Assembly (NCBI RefSeq): GCF_009914755.1
Contig: NC_060926.1
Reading direction: 5' to 3' (one strand)
Origin: the human T2T-CHM13v2.0 reference genome, Homo sapiens
Length of the DNA stretch: 64,000 nt
A program made the translations under genes and the position numbers. The notes beneath the pieces were generated by a model. The model was given only the letters and a program-made list of their open reading frames with translations, was not told the origin of the DNA and did not search any database. Below, piece by piece: positions 1 to 13,938 of the stretch. Each line of letters starts with the position of its first letter. Position 1 is the first letter of the stretch.

Positions 1-907
1 TTTCTTTAAGAGTATTTTTATTTATGTCCCCTAAATAAATTGCCTTTGTCGCACATTAGCCTCTAATAGGTGGCATTATTTATAATCCTTATATTCTATA
101 TGAGATCATGCCCATCAAAATCCCTTTCCTTCCTTTCCCTGTCATTGGGCCCTTCTTTCAGCTATCCTTGATTTCCTAAGACATCATGAATGTTACCTGC
201 ATACAGTACCACAGTGTCCTGTTAACTAATGATCACATTGTATTATATGAGCCTTCAGGATCTTTCTCTCACTCTTCTACAAGGTGTATGGTTAATAGAT
301 AGACATACATTTCTGGATCTTTTGAGTTCTGAATTTTTTTGTTTAAGTTTACATTAACTTTCTTTTTCAAGACTAAAAAAAGTCTATATTGGCACATAAT
401 TTAAGCTCCAAATATTAAAAAGTTTCTTCCACAATTACTTGTAGCTGCTCTCCTGCGTTTGGGCCTGAGCACATACATTTTATGAAAGAGTCTAGAGGAG
501 ATCATTTCAAAAGTTCTACATATAGGAAAAATAATGCTTCATTGATATTTCTGGAAAAAATATTCCTCCCACCTTTTTCTAATGGAATGAAATTTTGGAA
601 AAGTAAACCAATCGTTTATCATGTATTCCCTTATTTAGTAAGCCATTCAAAAATGCTTATTGAGACAATATATAAGTTTAATTTGAGAATCCATGAATTC
701 CCACATTGCATGAAACAGATATTACTTAAATAAGCACACAAAAATGTAAATTGCAGTGTTCTACAGGAGTAAGTATTCTGCAGGCGTAGTACAGAGTGAA
801 ACAGAATATATAATAGGGAATTTTAAATACTCCAGAATTCTTCCCCAGTTTTCCCTGTTCACAGAATACGAGATGTGTGAGCAGATTCTTTGAAAAGAGA
901 TTTGGAA

Positions 908-1118
908 CTTCCTTCCTTCCTTCCTTCCTTCCTTCCTTCCTTCCTTCCTTCCTTCCTTCCTTGCTTCCTTCCCTCCTTTCCTCCTTCCTTCCTTCCCTCC
1001 TTCCTTCCTTCCCTCCCTCCTTCCCTTCCTTCCCTCTCTCCCTCCCTCCCTTCCTTCCCTCTCTCCCTCCCTCCCTTCCTTCCTTCCCTCCCTCCTTCCT
1101 TCCTTTCTCTCTTTTCTT
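908..1118. repeat. (TTCC)n/(TCCC)n polypyrimidine microsatellite
   Basis: Direct reading. It explains the low-complexity ORFs at 726-1222 (KEGR and LPSF repeats). Confidence 0.97.
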
Positions 1119-2090
1119 TATTGCAGGAAAAGCCATATCTAGCACACTTTTTATCAATATTTGTTATTTCAAAACCAACATTCAAAAGTAAAATTTACAT
1201 GGATACATACATTTATTATTAAACAAGAAACAAATGAAAGAAATGCACTAATATCAGGAAAAATATTTAAAAAAATTCAAGTCCTAGAGAATTTGGAGCA
1301 GAGTAGTATGAAAACCAAGACAGAATCATGGGAAATTTAAAAAAGAAAGCAATGAAGTTGAGAAATGAATCCAACATTTCTGCTTTCAACAAGGTGAAGG
1401 AGACCAGAGTTTTCTAAAATCCAATTATCAAAAAACATCTACTTTTGAAAATCACAAGAAAGTATGAGTAATTTCTGAGGCTCCAGAAATCTACAAATGA
1501 GCTGAAGTAAGAGTGGCAACTGAAATAATAAAACTAGACTACCCTGGAGCACCTGCCATTAGCAGGAACCTTGAGCACCAGGTTTTATAGAGCCTACAAG
1601 GAAAGCAAACTAAAAGCCCTCAAGCCCTGCACAGTGTGGGAGGTGGAATTGGTCTCCACTTCATAAAGCTGGGACTTCGAAGACATGTTAAGTAAACGAT
1701 GAGCCAAAAAGCATACACATGCTAATAAATCATGTAAACAAAGAGAATGTCTGTCTCCATGGTGACACTGTTTGGAAGAAAACACATACATGTCTTCAGA
1801 AATTGTAACTATATTTTGACTCATTTGAGTTTGTGGTTTGGATTTACATCAACTGCACAGTTGAGCACTGTTAGATTTAGTAACACCCTCAAATTCCTAG
1901 AGGAATAAATCCAAACATGTTTCAGAGGAAAATACTCACAACCCATTAGCTCCAGGATTTCTGTGATTAAGATCAGACAAATCAAGAATCATAAAGTGTA
2001 TAAAGAAACAAGAAAAGGTGCCAGCAGAAATAAGGAGTAACATAAGAGAACCCTTAAAAAGTTGTGCGTTAAAATTACCCAATAGGAGAT

Positions 2091-2231
2091 TGTGAAGAAA
2101 AGAGTTAACATAGCGGGCTTGAGAATCCCATCTTTAGAAAGGCGTATTTGCAAGGTGGACCCTTTGCTGGCTGGACACTGATTTCAGAAGGGTTCACACC
2201 ACTCCCTGATAGGAATGGCTCACTGTGCTGA
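2091..2231 (+). mobile_element. LTR 5' fragment, MER68-like (ERVL class)
   Basis: tgtgaagaaaagagttaacatagcgggcttgaga...ggctcactgtgc resembles the recalled MER68 5' end. Confidence 0.6.
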
Positions 2232-2859
2232 TAAGGATGTAAAGAGGCTATAATTACTAGGCAGGAACTTCCAGCACTGTCTGATCATGTTTACGATTCA
2301 TAAGTACCTTGAGAGACATGTCTCCTTTCAGCAAATTTGTCCTAAGTATTTAACCTTGAGAGGTTCTTGTTCATATCCAGAAAGAGATATATTTATTAAT
2401 AAGAATGTGCATAACAGCATTATTTGTAGTAGTCTATAACTAGAAAGTACATAAAAGTTCATTCAGAGGATGTTGAGTAATATGCTACAGTCACAAAATG
2501 AAATATATGTATTTTAGAAGACATCAAAAAGACCTAATAAAGAAATTGCAGAAACATAATACATTTTAATATTACGTTTATAGGTAGGTTAACCAGATAC
2601 CAAAAAATTCTATTTTATTATTTGGAAAATCATAGAGAGTTCAAACATAAAGAAATACACAGGCAAATTTATTCACAAAATTCAGAATTTTTGTTACTTC
2701 TGGTGAGGTGCAAAGAAAAGTATGTCATTTGTGAGAGGTTAATATATATGTTCAACTTCACTATTAATGTTTTAGTTTTCCTAATACCAATTGTGGTTAA
2801 ATGGGTATTTTTTTCTTTTATTAAGGCATCTATTTTTCTATATTAAATAATGAAAAATA

Positions 2860-3030
2860 AATTACATATAATAACCCTGTGTATATTATATACAAAAATA
2901 GAAAAGTTGATATTACACATAAATATACAAATATGTATTTGTTGTCTATGAATATATATGTGTATATGCATATATGTTTATATATGTGTATATGCATATA
3001 TGTGTTTATAAATATATGTGTATATATTAA
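2860..3030. repeat. Degenerate (TA)n/(TATG)n low-complexity tract
   Basis: Direct reading. Confidence 0.85.
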
Positions 3031-3035
3031 AAGTA

Positions 3036-3086
3036 TTGTCATTATAAGTAATTGCAAAAATTGCAATTACTTTTGCACCAACCTAA
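3036..3086. mobile_element. MADE1 (Hsmar1 MITE), partial, with one full TIR
   Basis: gcaattacttttgcaccaacctaa followed by TA matches the Hsmar1/MADE1 terminal inverted repeat. Confidence 0.88.
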
Positions 3087-4199
3087 TATTTGTATGTGTT
3101 TGAAAAATAGACATCATTTGCAATTTCAAGAATATTATAATTATCTCAGAATAACCCTTTTAAAAAGCATTGACTTATGACCTTTTTTCATAAGGTTTTA
3201 CCAAAAAAATTTAAGAAAATTTAAGTACCAGAAGAGATATAAACATTTCATAGACATAAGGTCCAACATTGTAAAGACTTAATATTTTGTAATCTATAAA
3301 TTGAATGCAAAGTTTTATGGATCTTGACAAGTTGATTGGAAAGTTAATATATAAGGGCACGGGGCCAGAAAAGCCAAAATACTCTTGATTAAGAACAAGA
3401 TGGCTGTGCCTGCTTTAATAGATATAAATTATTGTAATATTACTTATGCTGAGCTTACACTCTGATTTGGTCTTTCTTCTGAAAGTCTCTCACTGAGAGA
3501 GCTTTCATTTTTTATTTTCACTTCTTAATTCCTCTGAACTCCAGGTCCAGGACCAAAAGCCAGAAAAACTGTAGGTTTCTGTCTCCATATCTGTGAAAAG
3601 CCTCAAACTTGCAATTCTTACCTTTTGTAGTAAGAACAGATAAGCAGCAGCAGTAAGATGCTTGCAATTCAAACCTGTTGGAGAGTTTTGTTTGTTTGTA
3701 GAATGAGCCCTCTTCTAGCTTCTGTTCCTGCTTTTCATTGCTTTCCAGTGATATAAGCGTATATTTCTGTCCGTGTGTATATATGTGTGCATATACATAC
3801 AGGTATCATTTTTTAGAGGAGTCTTTTTAAAAGACAAAAGATAATTTATTTGGGGTGAAGGACAAAAATTGGGAAAAAAGTTTTCTCCTCTCAATTATCA
3901 AAGTTATTGAAACTTATATTGATATATATGATATTTAATATAGCAGTAAAATATCTATGCACAAACATAGACACATTCCAGATATTAAGCATCCCTGGAA
4001 ATGCTCTTCTTTCCCCACATTTTGTCTTAGTTTTTAAATTACTTTACAAATTTATGCAAAAATTCTAAAGGATAATATAACAACATTTACTCAACTAAAC
4101 CTACCAATAGAATTTCAGCTCCCCAGTATCCTATTCTAATTCCATCCTTTAAACACCAAAGATACCCACCAACCTAGACTTGATGTTTTTCAGGGCCAT

Positions 4200-4850
4200 G
4201 CATCTTTTTAGACTTCTTCACAAATGTATAAGTTAAAAATATGAGGTTTTAATTAATAATTTAATATTTAAAGAAATCATATGCCATAGTATCCTGATAG
4301 AATTAACTGTTTTTGCTCAAGATTTTATGTGATAATTATTCATTCTAATACATGTAATTATCATTTGTTTATTTTTCACAGTGTATTCTATTGTATTTAC
4401 ATACCACAAAATATTAGTCTATTTTTTATTGGTGAATATTTAGATTTTTCTCTCTTATAAACAGTCCTGCTATGTCCATTTTTTAGTGTGTTTTCTTGTT
4501 TATATATGTGATAGTATTCTTAGATACCTACCCATCAGAGGATGTGTATCTTTAAGCTCAACAAGTAATTCTGAATGTCTCTCCAAAGTGGTCATATTTA
4601 TTTAGATTCTTATGAGCAGGGTACATTCTTTTCTGTTCCTCTAAATGCTTGGTCAACATTTTCTACTGTAAGCCTTTTTAAATTTTTGCAACCTGAAAGG
4701 AAAGTGATTTTGATTTTAATTGTATTTTCCTGATTTCCATGGAAGCTGAGACACTTTTCATATGTTTAATAACTTCATTTTTCCTCTTCTGTGAAAAGTC
4801 TCTTCTTGTTTCTATAGTGTTATTTAATAGTTATTTTCTTAAAATCAAAT
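4200..4850 (-). mobile_element. Old L1 (L1ME-like) 3' fragments
   Basis: Degenerate L1 3' motifs (ctccaaagtgg, gattttaattgtattttcctga, cacttttcatatgttta). Confidence 0.5.
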
Positions 4851-4858
4851 AAAGTTTT

Positions 4859-5173
4859 GGCTGGGCATGGTGGCTCACCCCTGTAATCCTAGCACTTTGG
4901 GAGGCTGAGGTGGGTGGATGGCTTGAGCTCAGGAGTTTGAGGCCAGCCTGGCCAACAGGCAAGACCCCAAATCTACTAAAAACACACAAAAAAAGTAGGT
5001 GGGCATGGTGGTGCACACCCAGCTACTTGCGAGTTTGAGGTAGGAGGATAGCTTGAGCCCAGGGGGACAGAGGTTGCAGTAAGCCAAGATTGCACCACTG
5101 CACTCCAGCCTGGGAGACAGAGCGAGACCCTGTCTCAAAAACAAACAAACAAATAAGTAAATAAATAAATAAA
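4859..5173 (+). mobile_element. Alu, AluJ-like, full length
   Basis: ggctgggcatggtggctc start, gcttgagctcagg and gaccctgtctc J-type diagnostics, (AAAC)/(AAAT) tail. Confidence 0.95.
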
Positions 5174-5174
5174 T

Positions 5175-8100
5175 TTGAATTGTGGTAGGGCAGATAACGT
5201 GAGATCTATCCCTTTAACAATGTTTTAAGTAAGTATACACTGTATTAAGTATATATGTACAGTTAACTCTAGGAACACTGTTGTACGGTGATCTCTAGAC
5301 CTTATTCATCTTGTATAACTAAAACTTAATATCCATTGAACCATAGGTCTTACATTTAAATCTTTAATCAATTTTGAGCTTATTTTTGCGCATGGCGTAA
5401 GATAACAGTACAGTTTCACTCTTTTGCATGTCGATATCCAGTTTTTCCAACACCATTTGCTGAAGAGACTATCTTTTCCCAATCGCATATTCTTAGAATC
5501 TATGTTGAAGATTAGATGACCATATGTGCGTGATGTTATATATGGACCCTATTATAATGTTGGCCTATGTGTCTATTTTTATTCCAGTATCTTCTGTTTT
5601 TATTACTGTGGCTTTGTAATGTATTCTGAAATAATGAAGTGTGATGCTTCCATCTTCGTTTTCCTTCCTCAAGATTACTTTGGCTCTTTGGGGTCTTTTG
5701 TTGTTTCATATAAGTTTTAGGAATTTTGTTTATTTTTCTGTAAAAAAAATGCCATTGAGATTTAGATAGGGGTTGCATTGAATCTGTAGATTGCTTTGGG
5801 TAGTATGAACATTTGATCAATATTAAGTCTTCCAACACATGATCGTAGAAATGTTTACATTAATTTATGTTTTTAATTTATTTTATCAAAAATTTGTATT
5901 TTTCAGTGTAGCAGTATTTTCTCTACTTCATTATATTTATTCATAAACATTATATTCTTTTTGATGCTATTGTGCATGGGATTGTTTTATTGATTTTATT
6001 TCCAGATAGTTTGTTCAGTGCATAAAAATGCAACTATTTTTTAATGTTAATTTTGTATCCTGCCACTTTACTGATTTTGTTTATCAGTTCTAACAATATT
6101 TTGTTGGAGACTTTAAAATTATCTATATATAAGACAATGTCATCTGCAAACAGAAACAATTTAACTTCTTCCTTTCTGTTTTGGATGCTTTTATTTCTTT
6201 TTCTTGCCTGATTACTCTGACTAGATCATTTAGTATTATGTTGAACAGAAGTGGTGAGAGTGGGCATTCTTGTCTTATTCCTGATCTTAGAAGATATGGT
6301 TTCAATTTTTTCCACAATGTCAGCTTGATATGCACTTGTCATATATGGCCTTTATTATGTTGATGTTTATTTATTCTATACCTAATTTATTGAGAGATTT
6401 TGTCATGAAAGGATGTTGAGTTTTGTCAAATGTGGGTTTTTGCAGCTATTCAGATGATTGTATAGTTTTTAATCCTTCATTCTGTTGACTCAGTGTATCC
6501 CATTTATTTACCTGCATATGTTAAACTGTTCCTGTGTCCGAGGGCTAAATCCTACTTTATGTTGGGGAATCTTTTTAATGTGTTATTGAATTTGGTTTAC
6601 AGGATTTCTGCATCTATGTTCATCAGGGATATTGGCCTAATTTTCTTTTCTTTTAGCGTTCTTGTGTAGATTTTGTCTCATGTAAAATGAGTTTTGATGT
6701 GTTCTCTCCTCCTCTTCAATTTCTTGGAAGAGTTTGAGGAGGATTGATATTAATTCATTCTTAAATATTAGGCAGAATTATCCAGTAAAATAATCTGTTC
6801 CTGCACCTTTCTTGTAGGGAAATCTGTTGGCCTGTAGTTGCTCCTAGTATTAGCTTATGAACCTTGGTATGTCAGTTGTAATTTATTCCATTTATTAAAG
6901 TTACATCAGTTGTAATATCTCCTATTTCATTTAAAAGCTTATTTATCTCAGTCATCTTTCCTTTACATTTGTCTAGCTTTTTGTTTATCAAAAACAATTT
7001 TGTTTATCTTTTCAAAGAACCAACTGTTACATTTGTTGATCTTCTTATTATTATTTTTCATCTCCATTTCATTTAGGTCTATTCTGATCTTTTTCCATTT
7101 TTTCTGCTGATTGCGGGCTTCGTTTGTTCTTTGTTTTCTAATTCCTTGAGGTGTAAAGCTAGGATGTTTACTTGAGATCTTACTTTTTCATCTTAATGTT
7201 CACACTCATCACTATAAACTTCCCTCACAGAACTAGTTTTGCTGTATTCCATACATTTAGGTATGGTGTAGTTCCATACTGTTTGATTTACCTTTTTATT
7301 TCTTCATTAACCAATTGGTACTTCAGGAATTTGTTGTTTATTTTCCACACATTTTTGAATTTTCCAATTTTCCTTCTGTTATTGATTTCTAGTTTCATTA
7401 TTATTGTGGTTGGAAAAGATACTTAATATGATTTTAATTTTATTAAATTTATCAACACTCATTTAGTGGTCAAACATATGATCTATCTTGGAGAATGTTC
7501 CATGTGTAGTTGAGAAGAATATTTATTCTCTTGCTATTGAATGGAATGTCCTGCATATGTCTATTAGGTCCCTTTGGTCTATAGTGTTGCTCCAATTGGC
7601 TGTTTCTTTAATGATTTTCTTTGGATTGGATTACATACTCGTTGTTAAAAATGGGTTATTGAATCCCTCTAATCTTATTATATTGCTGCTCTTTCTACCT
7701 TTAGTTTTGTATATTTGCTTTACATATTTAGGTAATCCAATGCTGGATGCATACATATTTATTATCATTATATTCTCTAGATGAATTGACCCCTTTATAT
7801 AGTGAACTTATTCATCTTTTGTGACAGTTGTTGACTTCGAGTCTACTTTGTCTGATATATATATATCCACTCCGGCTCTTTTTTGGTTAATATTTGCATT
7901 GAATGTTATTTCATCCTTCACTTTCAGCCTATGCGTGTCCTTAAAGATGAAGTGAGTCTCTTGAACCATATAGTTGAATCTTGTTATTTTTTTAATCCTT
8001 TTAGTCGCATTATGTCTTTGAGTGGGCAGTTTAAGCCATTTACATGTAAAGTATTGATACATAGATGAGGACTTACTATTGACATTTTGTTAATTGTTTG

Positions 8101-10500
8101 ACTTGTAGTTCCCTTCTTTGCTGTACTCCTTTGTGATTTGAAGATTTTCTCTTTTTTGTAGTAGTATGCTTTGATTCTTTTAAAATTATCTTTTTATGTC
8201 CACTGTGGTTTATTTTCCTTTGTGATTACCATGTGTTTAAATAAATTTTCTTATAGCTATAAAAATCTATTTTAAGCTAATAACTACTTAACTTCAGCCC
8301 CATATAGAAATTTACACTTCTCTTTTCCCTCACATTTTTTGTTATTGATGCTATAATTTCCATGTTTGTACATTATATACTCATTAACAAATATTGTATC
8401 TATAATTACTTATAAAACATTTGTCTTTGAAATGTTATAATAGCTTTAAAAGCTATCTAAAAGCTATTTACACCACTACAGCATTAGTGTAATCTGAATT
8501 GGACTAAATACTTACATTCATCAGCAAGTTTTATACTTTCAGTTGTTTTCATTTTGCCAATTAGCATTCTTTTGTTTCAACTTAAGGAATTCCTTTTACA
8601 TCTCTTCTAAGATAGGTATGTCTATTGGTGATGAAGTCCCTCAGGATTTTCTTTGCCTGGGAAAGTCTTTATCTGTCCTTCATTTGTGAAGGACAGCATT
8701 GCTGAATATAGTATTATTCATTGACAATGTTTTGTTTGTTTGTTTTTGATTTAAAATTATCATACCATTCTCGTTAGCCCTTTAAGATTTCTGCTGAAAG
8801 ATAGTTTCATGGAGCATCTGTTTTTTGTGACAAGTCACTTTTCTATTGATGCTTCCAAAATTCTTTCTTTGTCTTTGATTGTTGACAATTTGTTTATAAT
8901 GTGTCTTGGTAAAGACATCTGTATGTTTAACCTATTTGGGGTTCTTTGGGCTTCATGTCCTGGAAGTTCATTTTTCTTCCTAAAATTGGGAGATTTACTG
9001 TTATTATTTTTTAAAATAAGCTTTTTACCCCTTTCTCTTTTTTTGATCCTACTTGGACACCCCAAGTTCGTATATTGTTTCACTTGACTGTGTCTCACGA
9101 GTCTTGTAGTCTTCCTTCTTCTTCACTCTTTTTTTGGTTATTTGTCTGACTGAATGATTTCAAATTATATGTCTTTGGGATCACTGATTCTTTTGCTCAG
9201 ACAAGTCTGCTGTTAAAACTGTATTGAATTTTTTAATTCTGTCGTTGCATTCTTCAGCTTCAGAATTTCTCTTTGGTTCTTTGTTACGGTTTCCATACCT
9301 TTGTTAAATTCCTTATTTTGTTCATGTATTTTTCTTTCCTGATTTTGTTTAGGTGAACTCTCCTGTAGCTTACTAATCTTGGAGATTATTCTTGTGTCTT
9401 CTTTGTCAGGCAATTCATAGATCTCTATTTCTTTAGAGCACTCATCAAAACTTTATTTTGTTTGGTGGTGTCACATTTTCTTGATTCTTTATGTTTTTTG
9501 ATGACTTGCATTTTTGTCTTTGTATTTGAAAAAGTAGTCACCTCCTCTAGCTTGTACTGACTGACCTTAACCAATCGGCCTGACTAGAGATTCTAGATGT
9601 ATCTCAGACCCTTTCACTGGATATACCTACTCCATTCATTTTGTTCACTCTTAAGGGAAAAAAAGTCTTACGTGCCTTCTCTTCATACCACGTAACTAGG
9701 TTGGATGCTGAGAACCTCAAGTTTATTTTTTCTAAGGAAGTGTCTTGAAATATTTAATGTCATATAGCTTACTCCCAATCCAGAAGAGTCAAACTGGCAG
9801 CTGAAATTTATACATGCTAATGAGGTCCATGTGCTGTTTGCAGGGTCTTGGATGTGCTGTCTGTGGGTTTATATGGAGTGCCATGCACAGGAGTGTGTGA
9901 GGTGCTAGCCACAGAGAGGAGCATAGTGTACTGGGGGCACGCATTGGCTGTATCCACAGGTGAGTTGTACTGCAGCATTTGTGGGTAGGGCTTTTGGTGG
10001 AGTCCATAAGCAAGTTAGCAGGCTCCATGACCAGTTTTTGAGATTCACACTGTTTTCTGTGAGTTTCTGCCTCTTCTTTCTGATCTTAGCTGCCCCAGAT
10101 AAGAGCAGTAAGGCAATCCCCTTGATATTCTAGGAGGGTAAGACAAAAGCGGCCCTACTGGATAGTTTCCCACAGGGCTGAGAAAGCTGGGTGCTTACTT
10201 CAATCTTATTTTGCACCATTGGAATAAACTGTGAGCTGAAAGTAATTCTCTTGGCATCAAGTTGTGTTGCCTTGATGGAGTAGTGACATGAGTACCGTGA
10301 AACTTCTCTTCTTACCTTCTTCAATGTGTCCACTTTCAGATTTTTTGCTTTATTGAGGTGCAGGATCCTTTCAGCTGAACTGTGTGGCTCCCACAAAGTT
10401 ATTTTCATCCCTTAGTGGTTACAAAATAGTTGTTTATGGAGGTGGTAGCAGTAGTAGCATGAGGGTTAAAACCTCCTTTCGCACCATCTTGTTGACATTT
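5175..10500 (-). mobile_element. Old L1 (L1MA/MB type): 3' end, ORF2, ORF1 and 5' region remnants, with internal deletion
   Basis: Minus-strand ORF fragments are L1 ORF2-like ([19 protein letters not shown]; LRSGIRQECPLSPLLFNIIL; QETHFIFKDTHRLKVK) and ORF1-like (EAQRTPNR..PRHIINKLS..KDKERIL). The 3' end at 5175-5340 is L1MA9/10-like. Confidence 0.92.
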
Positions 10501-11482
10501 CTAACATTTTAAAAATTGTAACTGTGGTCTTATTTTCTGCTTTTCTGTTAACCAAGTGCTTTTTATTTTCATTATTTCTTACATATTGTTAAGTTGAAAA
10601 TATATTTAAAAAATTTTTAACCTTTATTTGTTTGAAAAATTGTTTTATCAACTTATTACATTGAATTGATGTATATCACATCTGATTATAACAATATTAT
10701 AGTTAGTGTAAAGCTATTTTGTATGTCTAGTCCCTTCCCAATCAATGTAAAGTTTTTAGCAAATGTTAAGTACTAATTGAAGAACACTCTTAGCCTTTCA
10801 CCCTTGTAATTGCTCTCTGAAACACTAAACATTTTTAAAACACTATTTATTTGTAATTATTCATTTATTTCAAAAGCATTTTGAAGGCATTACTTAAAGC
10901 TAACCACATGGTTTCTTAGTTCTTGTGTTTACCACTGCTTCTTTTTTACTTCTTTTTTTGCTGAGGTATCCACTTCAGTAGCTCTTTTAGGAAGGATTAA
11001 CCTAACAGAAATTTCTCTCCTAAAATTACTTACCCATCCTATGTTATGGTTTTATATTACTTTGTGGGTTTCTCTAATTGTTTATTACATTAATTCAAAG
11101 ATACATTTTTCTTTTTTATATTTTAATATTTTTTAGATCGAGATTAGTTTTACAGTTGATGCAAAGTTAGCAATGTGTCATAATTTAATAGGCAGTATGT
11201 TAGAGGTAAGTTAAAATAATTGTGTATTTGACTTAGTTTCCACAAAATAATGTATTAACATTTGTGGACTTTATCTATCCTTGACATTATTTTTAATGTT
11301 TTACACAAAATATATCTTTGAATTAATTCAAAGTTCCAATTAGTGGCAGTCAAGCTTTTTTTTTTTAATCAAAACAAGCCTAATTCCGTAGCCCACCCTT
11401 TTAAAAACCACAAAATAATTTGTGAGTCTATTATTTCCAAACCTATATAATTCCTGGTCCTTACTTTTCCAAATTCCCTGAT

Positions 11483-11632
11483 AATCAGAATCACCTGGAA
11501 TACATAACGTTAACTCCAACCCCTGTCCTTGTCTGAGGGTCACTAAATGAGAATCTCCAAAGGAAGAGCTATGTATGCTGTACTGTATCAAATGTTTCTA
11601 GGTGATTTATGTCTTCAGGCCAGTTAAGAAAA
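11483..11632. mobile_element. MER5-like hAT-Charlie fragment
   Basis: atcagaatcacctgg...ctaggtgatt...gccagttaagaaa pattern, heavily degenerate. Confidence 0.5.
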
Positions 11633-12015
11633 TACTTTCTTAGCCCGGTTAGTCTGTGATAGATCCTTTTTAGCATCTGTAACTTGTCATCATCAAGCAA
11701 ACTCTGAATATCCAAGCTATATTGGACAATTACTATTTGTCTTGAGAGGTAAAGAGAGTTTTTAATTTTAGTTAATTGCCTCCTTAAGGTCTAAGCCTGA
11801 TCCTACTTTGTGAGCTTGTCCTTTACCACCAGGGAGGGATATTTCCAGTTCTACCTCTATGGGTGCATCAGAGCACCTCATAACTATTTGTCAGTCAGAC
11901 CCCTAGTAAAGACTGATGATAGCTAACAGGGGTCAAAAAATGCTGCTTCTTAAACTACTTGGATTCTAAGTTTCTGAATTTGGAGGTATCTGTCTATAAA
12001 AGGGTTATACACTTC

Positions 12016-12370
12016 TGATATGGTTGGGCTGTGTCCCCACCTCAATCTCACCTTGAATTGTAATAATCTCCATATGTCAAGGGCGGGGCCAGGTGGAGAT
12101 AATTGAATCATGGGGCAGTTTCCTCCATACTGTTCTCGTGGTAGTGAATAAGTCTCACAAGATCTGATGATTTTATAAATGGGAATTCCCCTGCACAAAC
12201 ACTCTTGCCTGCCACCATGTAAGATGTGACTTTATTCCTCTTCCACCTTCTGCCATGATTGTGAGGCCTCCCCAGTCATGCTGACCTGTGAGTCAATTAA
12301 ACTTCTTTCCTTTATAAATTAGGCAGTCTCGAGTTTGTCTTTATTAGCAGCATGAGAAGGGACTAATACA
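12016..12370 (+). mobile_element. THE1 solo LTR (THE1C-like, MaLR)
   Basis: tgatatggtt...gactaataca termini. 5-bp TSD acttc/atttc (one mismatch). Confidence 0.93.
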
Positions 12371-13595
12371 ATTTCTAAAACCTATTTGATAATCGTATAA
12401 TCATTTATTTCCTTCAAATATGCTGTGTATGTGTGTGTTTATGATACATATGTTAGTGCTTTAGGAACCTGTGACTCAAAGAGATAATGCAGATTTTATA
12501 AGTTAGCATCAGACCTGACAATAACATCAGTGGAAAGGCCTTCAGCTCATTGCATTTTATTCTGTATGAGGGAATCTTTTTTATTTTGGTGCATTTCTGA
12601 AATGAATGCATAATAGTTTCTACATTCATATTCCATGCAGTATATTGGGCTAAATGTCATTAATCTGAAAATCTCTCCCAGGTGGAACTCAGCTAAACTT
12701 TTTGTTGCAAATTCAATCAATTTGAATGAAATCACGTTTAGAATTTGATCTGACCTTGATGTCAAGCAAGATTCTCTTAATTTGGCTGGAAAATTGTGCT
12801 TTCAAGAGCCAAATTCATTTTAAAGCTTTTTCCTTTTCCCTCTTTTAACTCTATTCCTCTGAAGTCAAAATGAATTCAATTTAACTGTGTCTTTATTATT
12901 TTAATTTGGTAATTTTAACTGACAAATTGTGTCTTAAAATACCAATTCTAATCTATTAGATCTCAAAAGTTGGAGAGCTTCTTGGAAAAATGATTCAATA
13001 GGAAAGATTATTATTTGTTGAGAAAAGTGAAAAAAGATTTAGAGAGAGTGTTATAGTGTTCAGTATGTCTGCATTAAAATAAAGGATTAAAAATTACTTA
13101 GTAATTAAGAGTCAAGGGCACAAATTTGTCCTGATCGTTCAAGGTCTCAGATAACCCATATGTAAAATGAAGTAAGTAGACAACATGATCTCCCCTTTGC
13201 TAGTCTTTAGAAAAAGAAAGTTTAGAAAAATAGGCTTTCAAATATAAAAGCGAATTAAAATATGTGCCTTTCCCACGATAATGAACGTGTTATATCAAAT
13301 CAGATTAATTATATTCTAAGTGTGTTAAGAAATTTATGATGAATTTCATTTCTCTTTCAACAGACCTATGATATGAATTAATGTAATGAAGAAATATTCA
13401 ACATTTTTACATCTTTAATTTGTTTTATGTAGTTTCCCTCCGTTTAAAATCTCATATAATATCTTTATGTATCCATCTTTACTAAAATAACTAATATCAA
13501 TTTTCTTATATTTTCCCTAACTTTTCCTTTTATATGGAAAATTATTTGAGTCACTTATTTGACAGACCCTATTATGTGTTTTTTAATAAACTTCA

Positions 13596-13938
13596 TGATA
13601 TGGTTTGGCCTTGTGTCCCCACCCAAATCTCACCTTGAACTGTAATAATCCCCACATGTTGTGGGAGGGACATGGCGGGAGGTAACTGAATCATGGGAGT
13701 TGTTCTCATGATAGTAAGTCTCATGAGATCTGATGGTTTTATAAAGGGGAGTTCCCCTGCACATGTTCTCTCTTGCCTGTTGCAATTTAAGCATGCCTTT
13801 GCTCTTCCTTTGCCTTCCACCATGGTTGAGAGGCCTCCCCAGCCATGTAGAACTGTGAGTCCATTAAACCTCTTTTTCTTTATAAATTACCCAGTTTTGG
13901 GTATGTCTCTATTAGCCCCAAAAGAACAGATTAATATA
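13596..13938 (+). mobile_element. THE1 solo LTR (THE1C/D-like, MaLR)
   Basis: tgatatggtttggcc...gattaatata termini. 5-bp TSD cttca/cctca (one mismatch). Confidence 0.92.

Noticed and set aside
726-1222. Overlapping 104-143 aa ORFs
   Set aside because: These are translations of a stop-free (TTCC)n microsatellite. The same applies to 26748-27121.
12016-13938. Two same-orientation THE1 LTRs 1.2 kb apart, read as a possible complete THE1 provirus
   Set aside because: Each LTR has its own distinct TSD (acttc/atttc and cttca/cctca), and the spacer is AT-rich non-THE1 sequence. They are independent solo LTRs.
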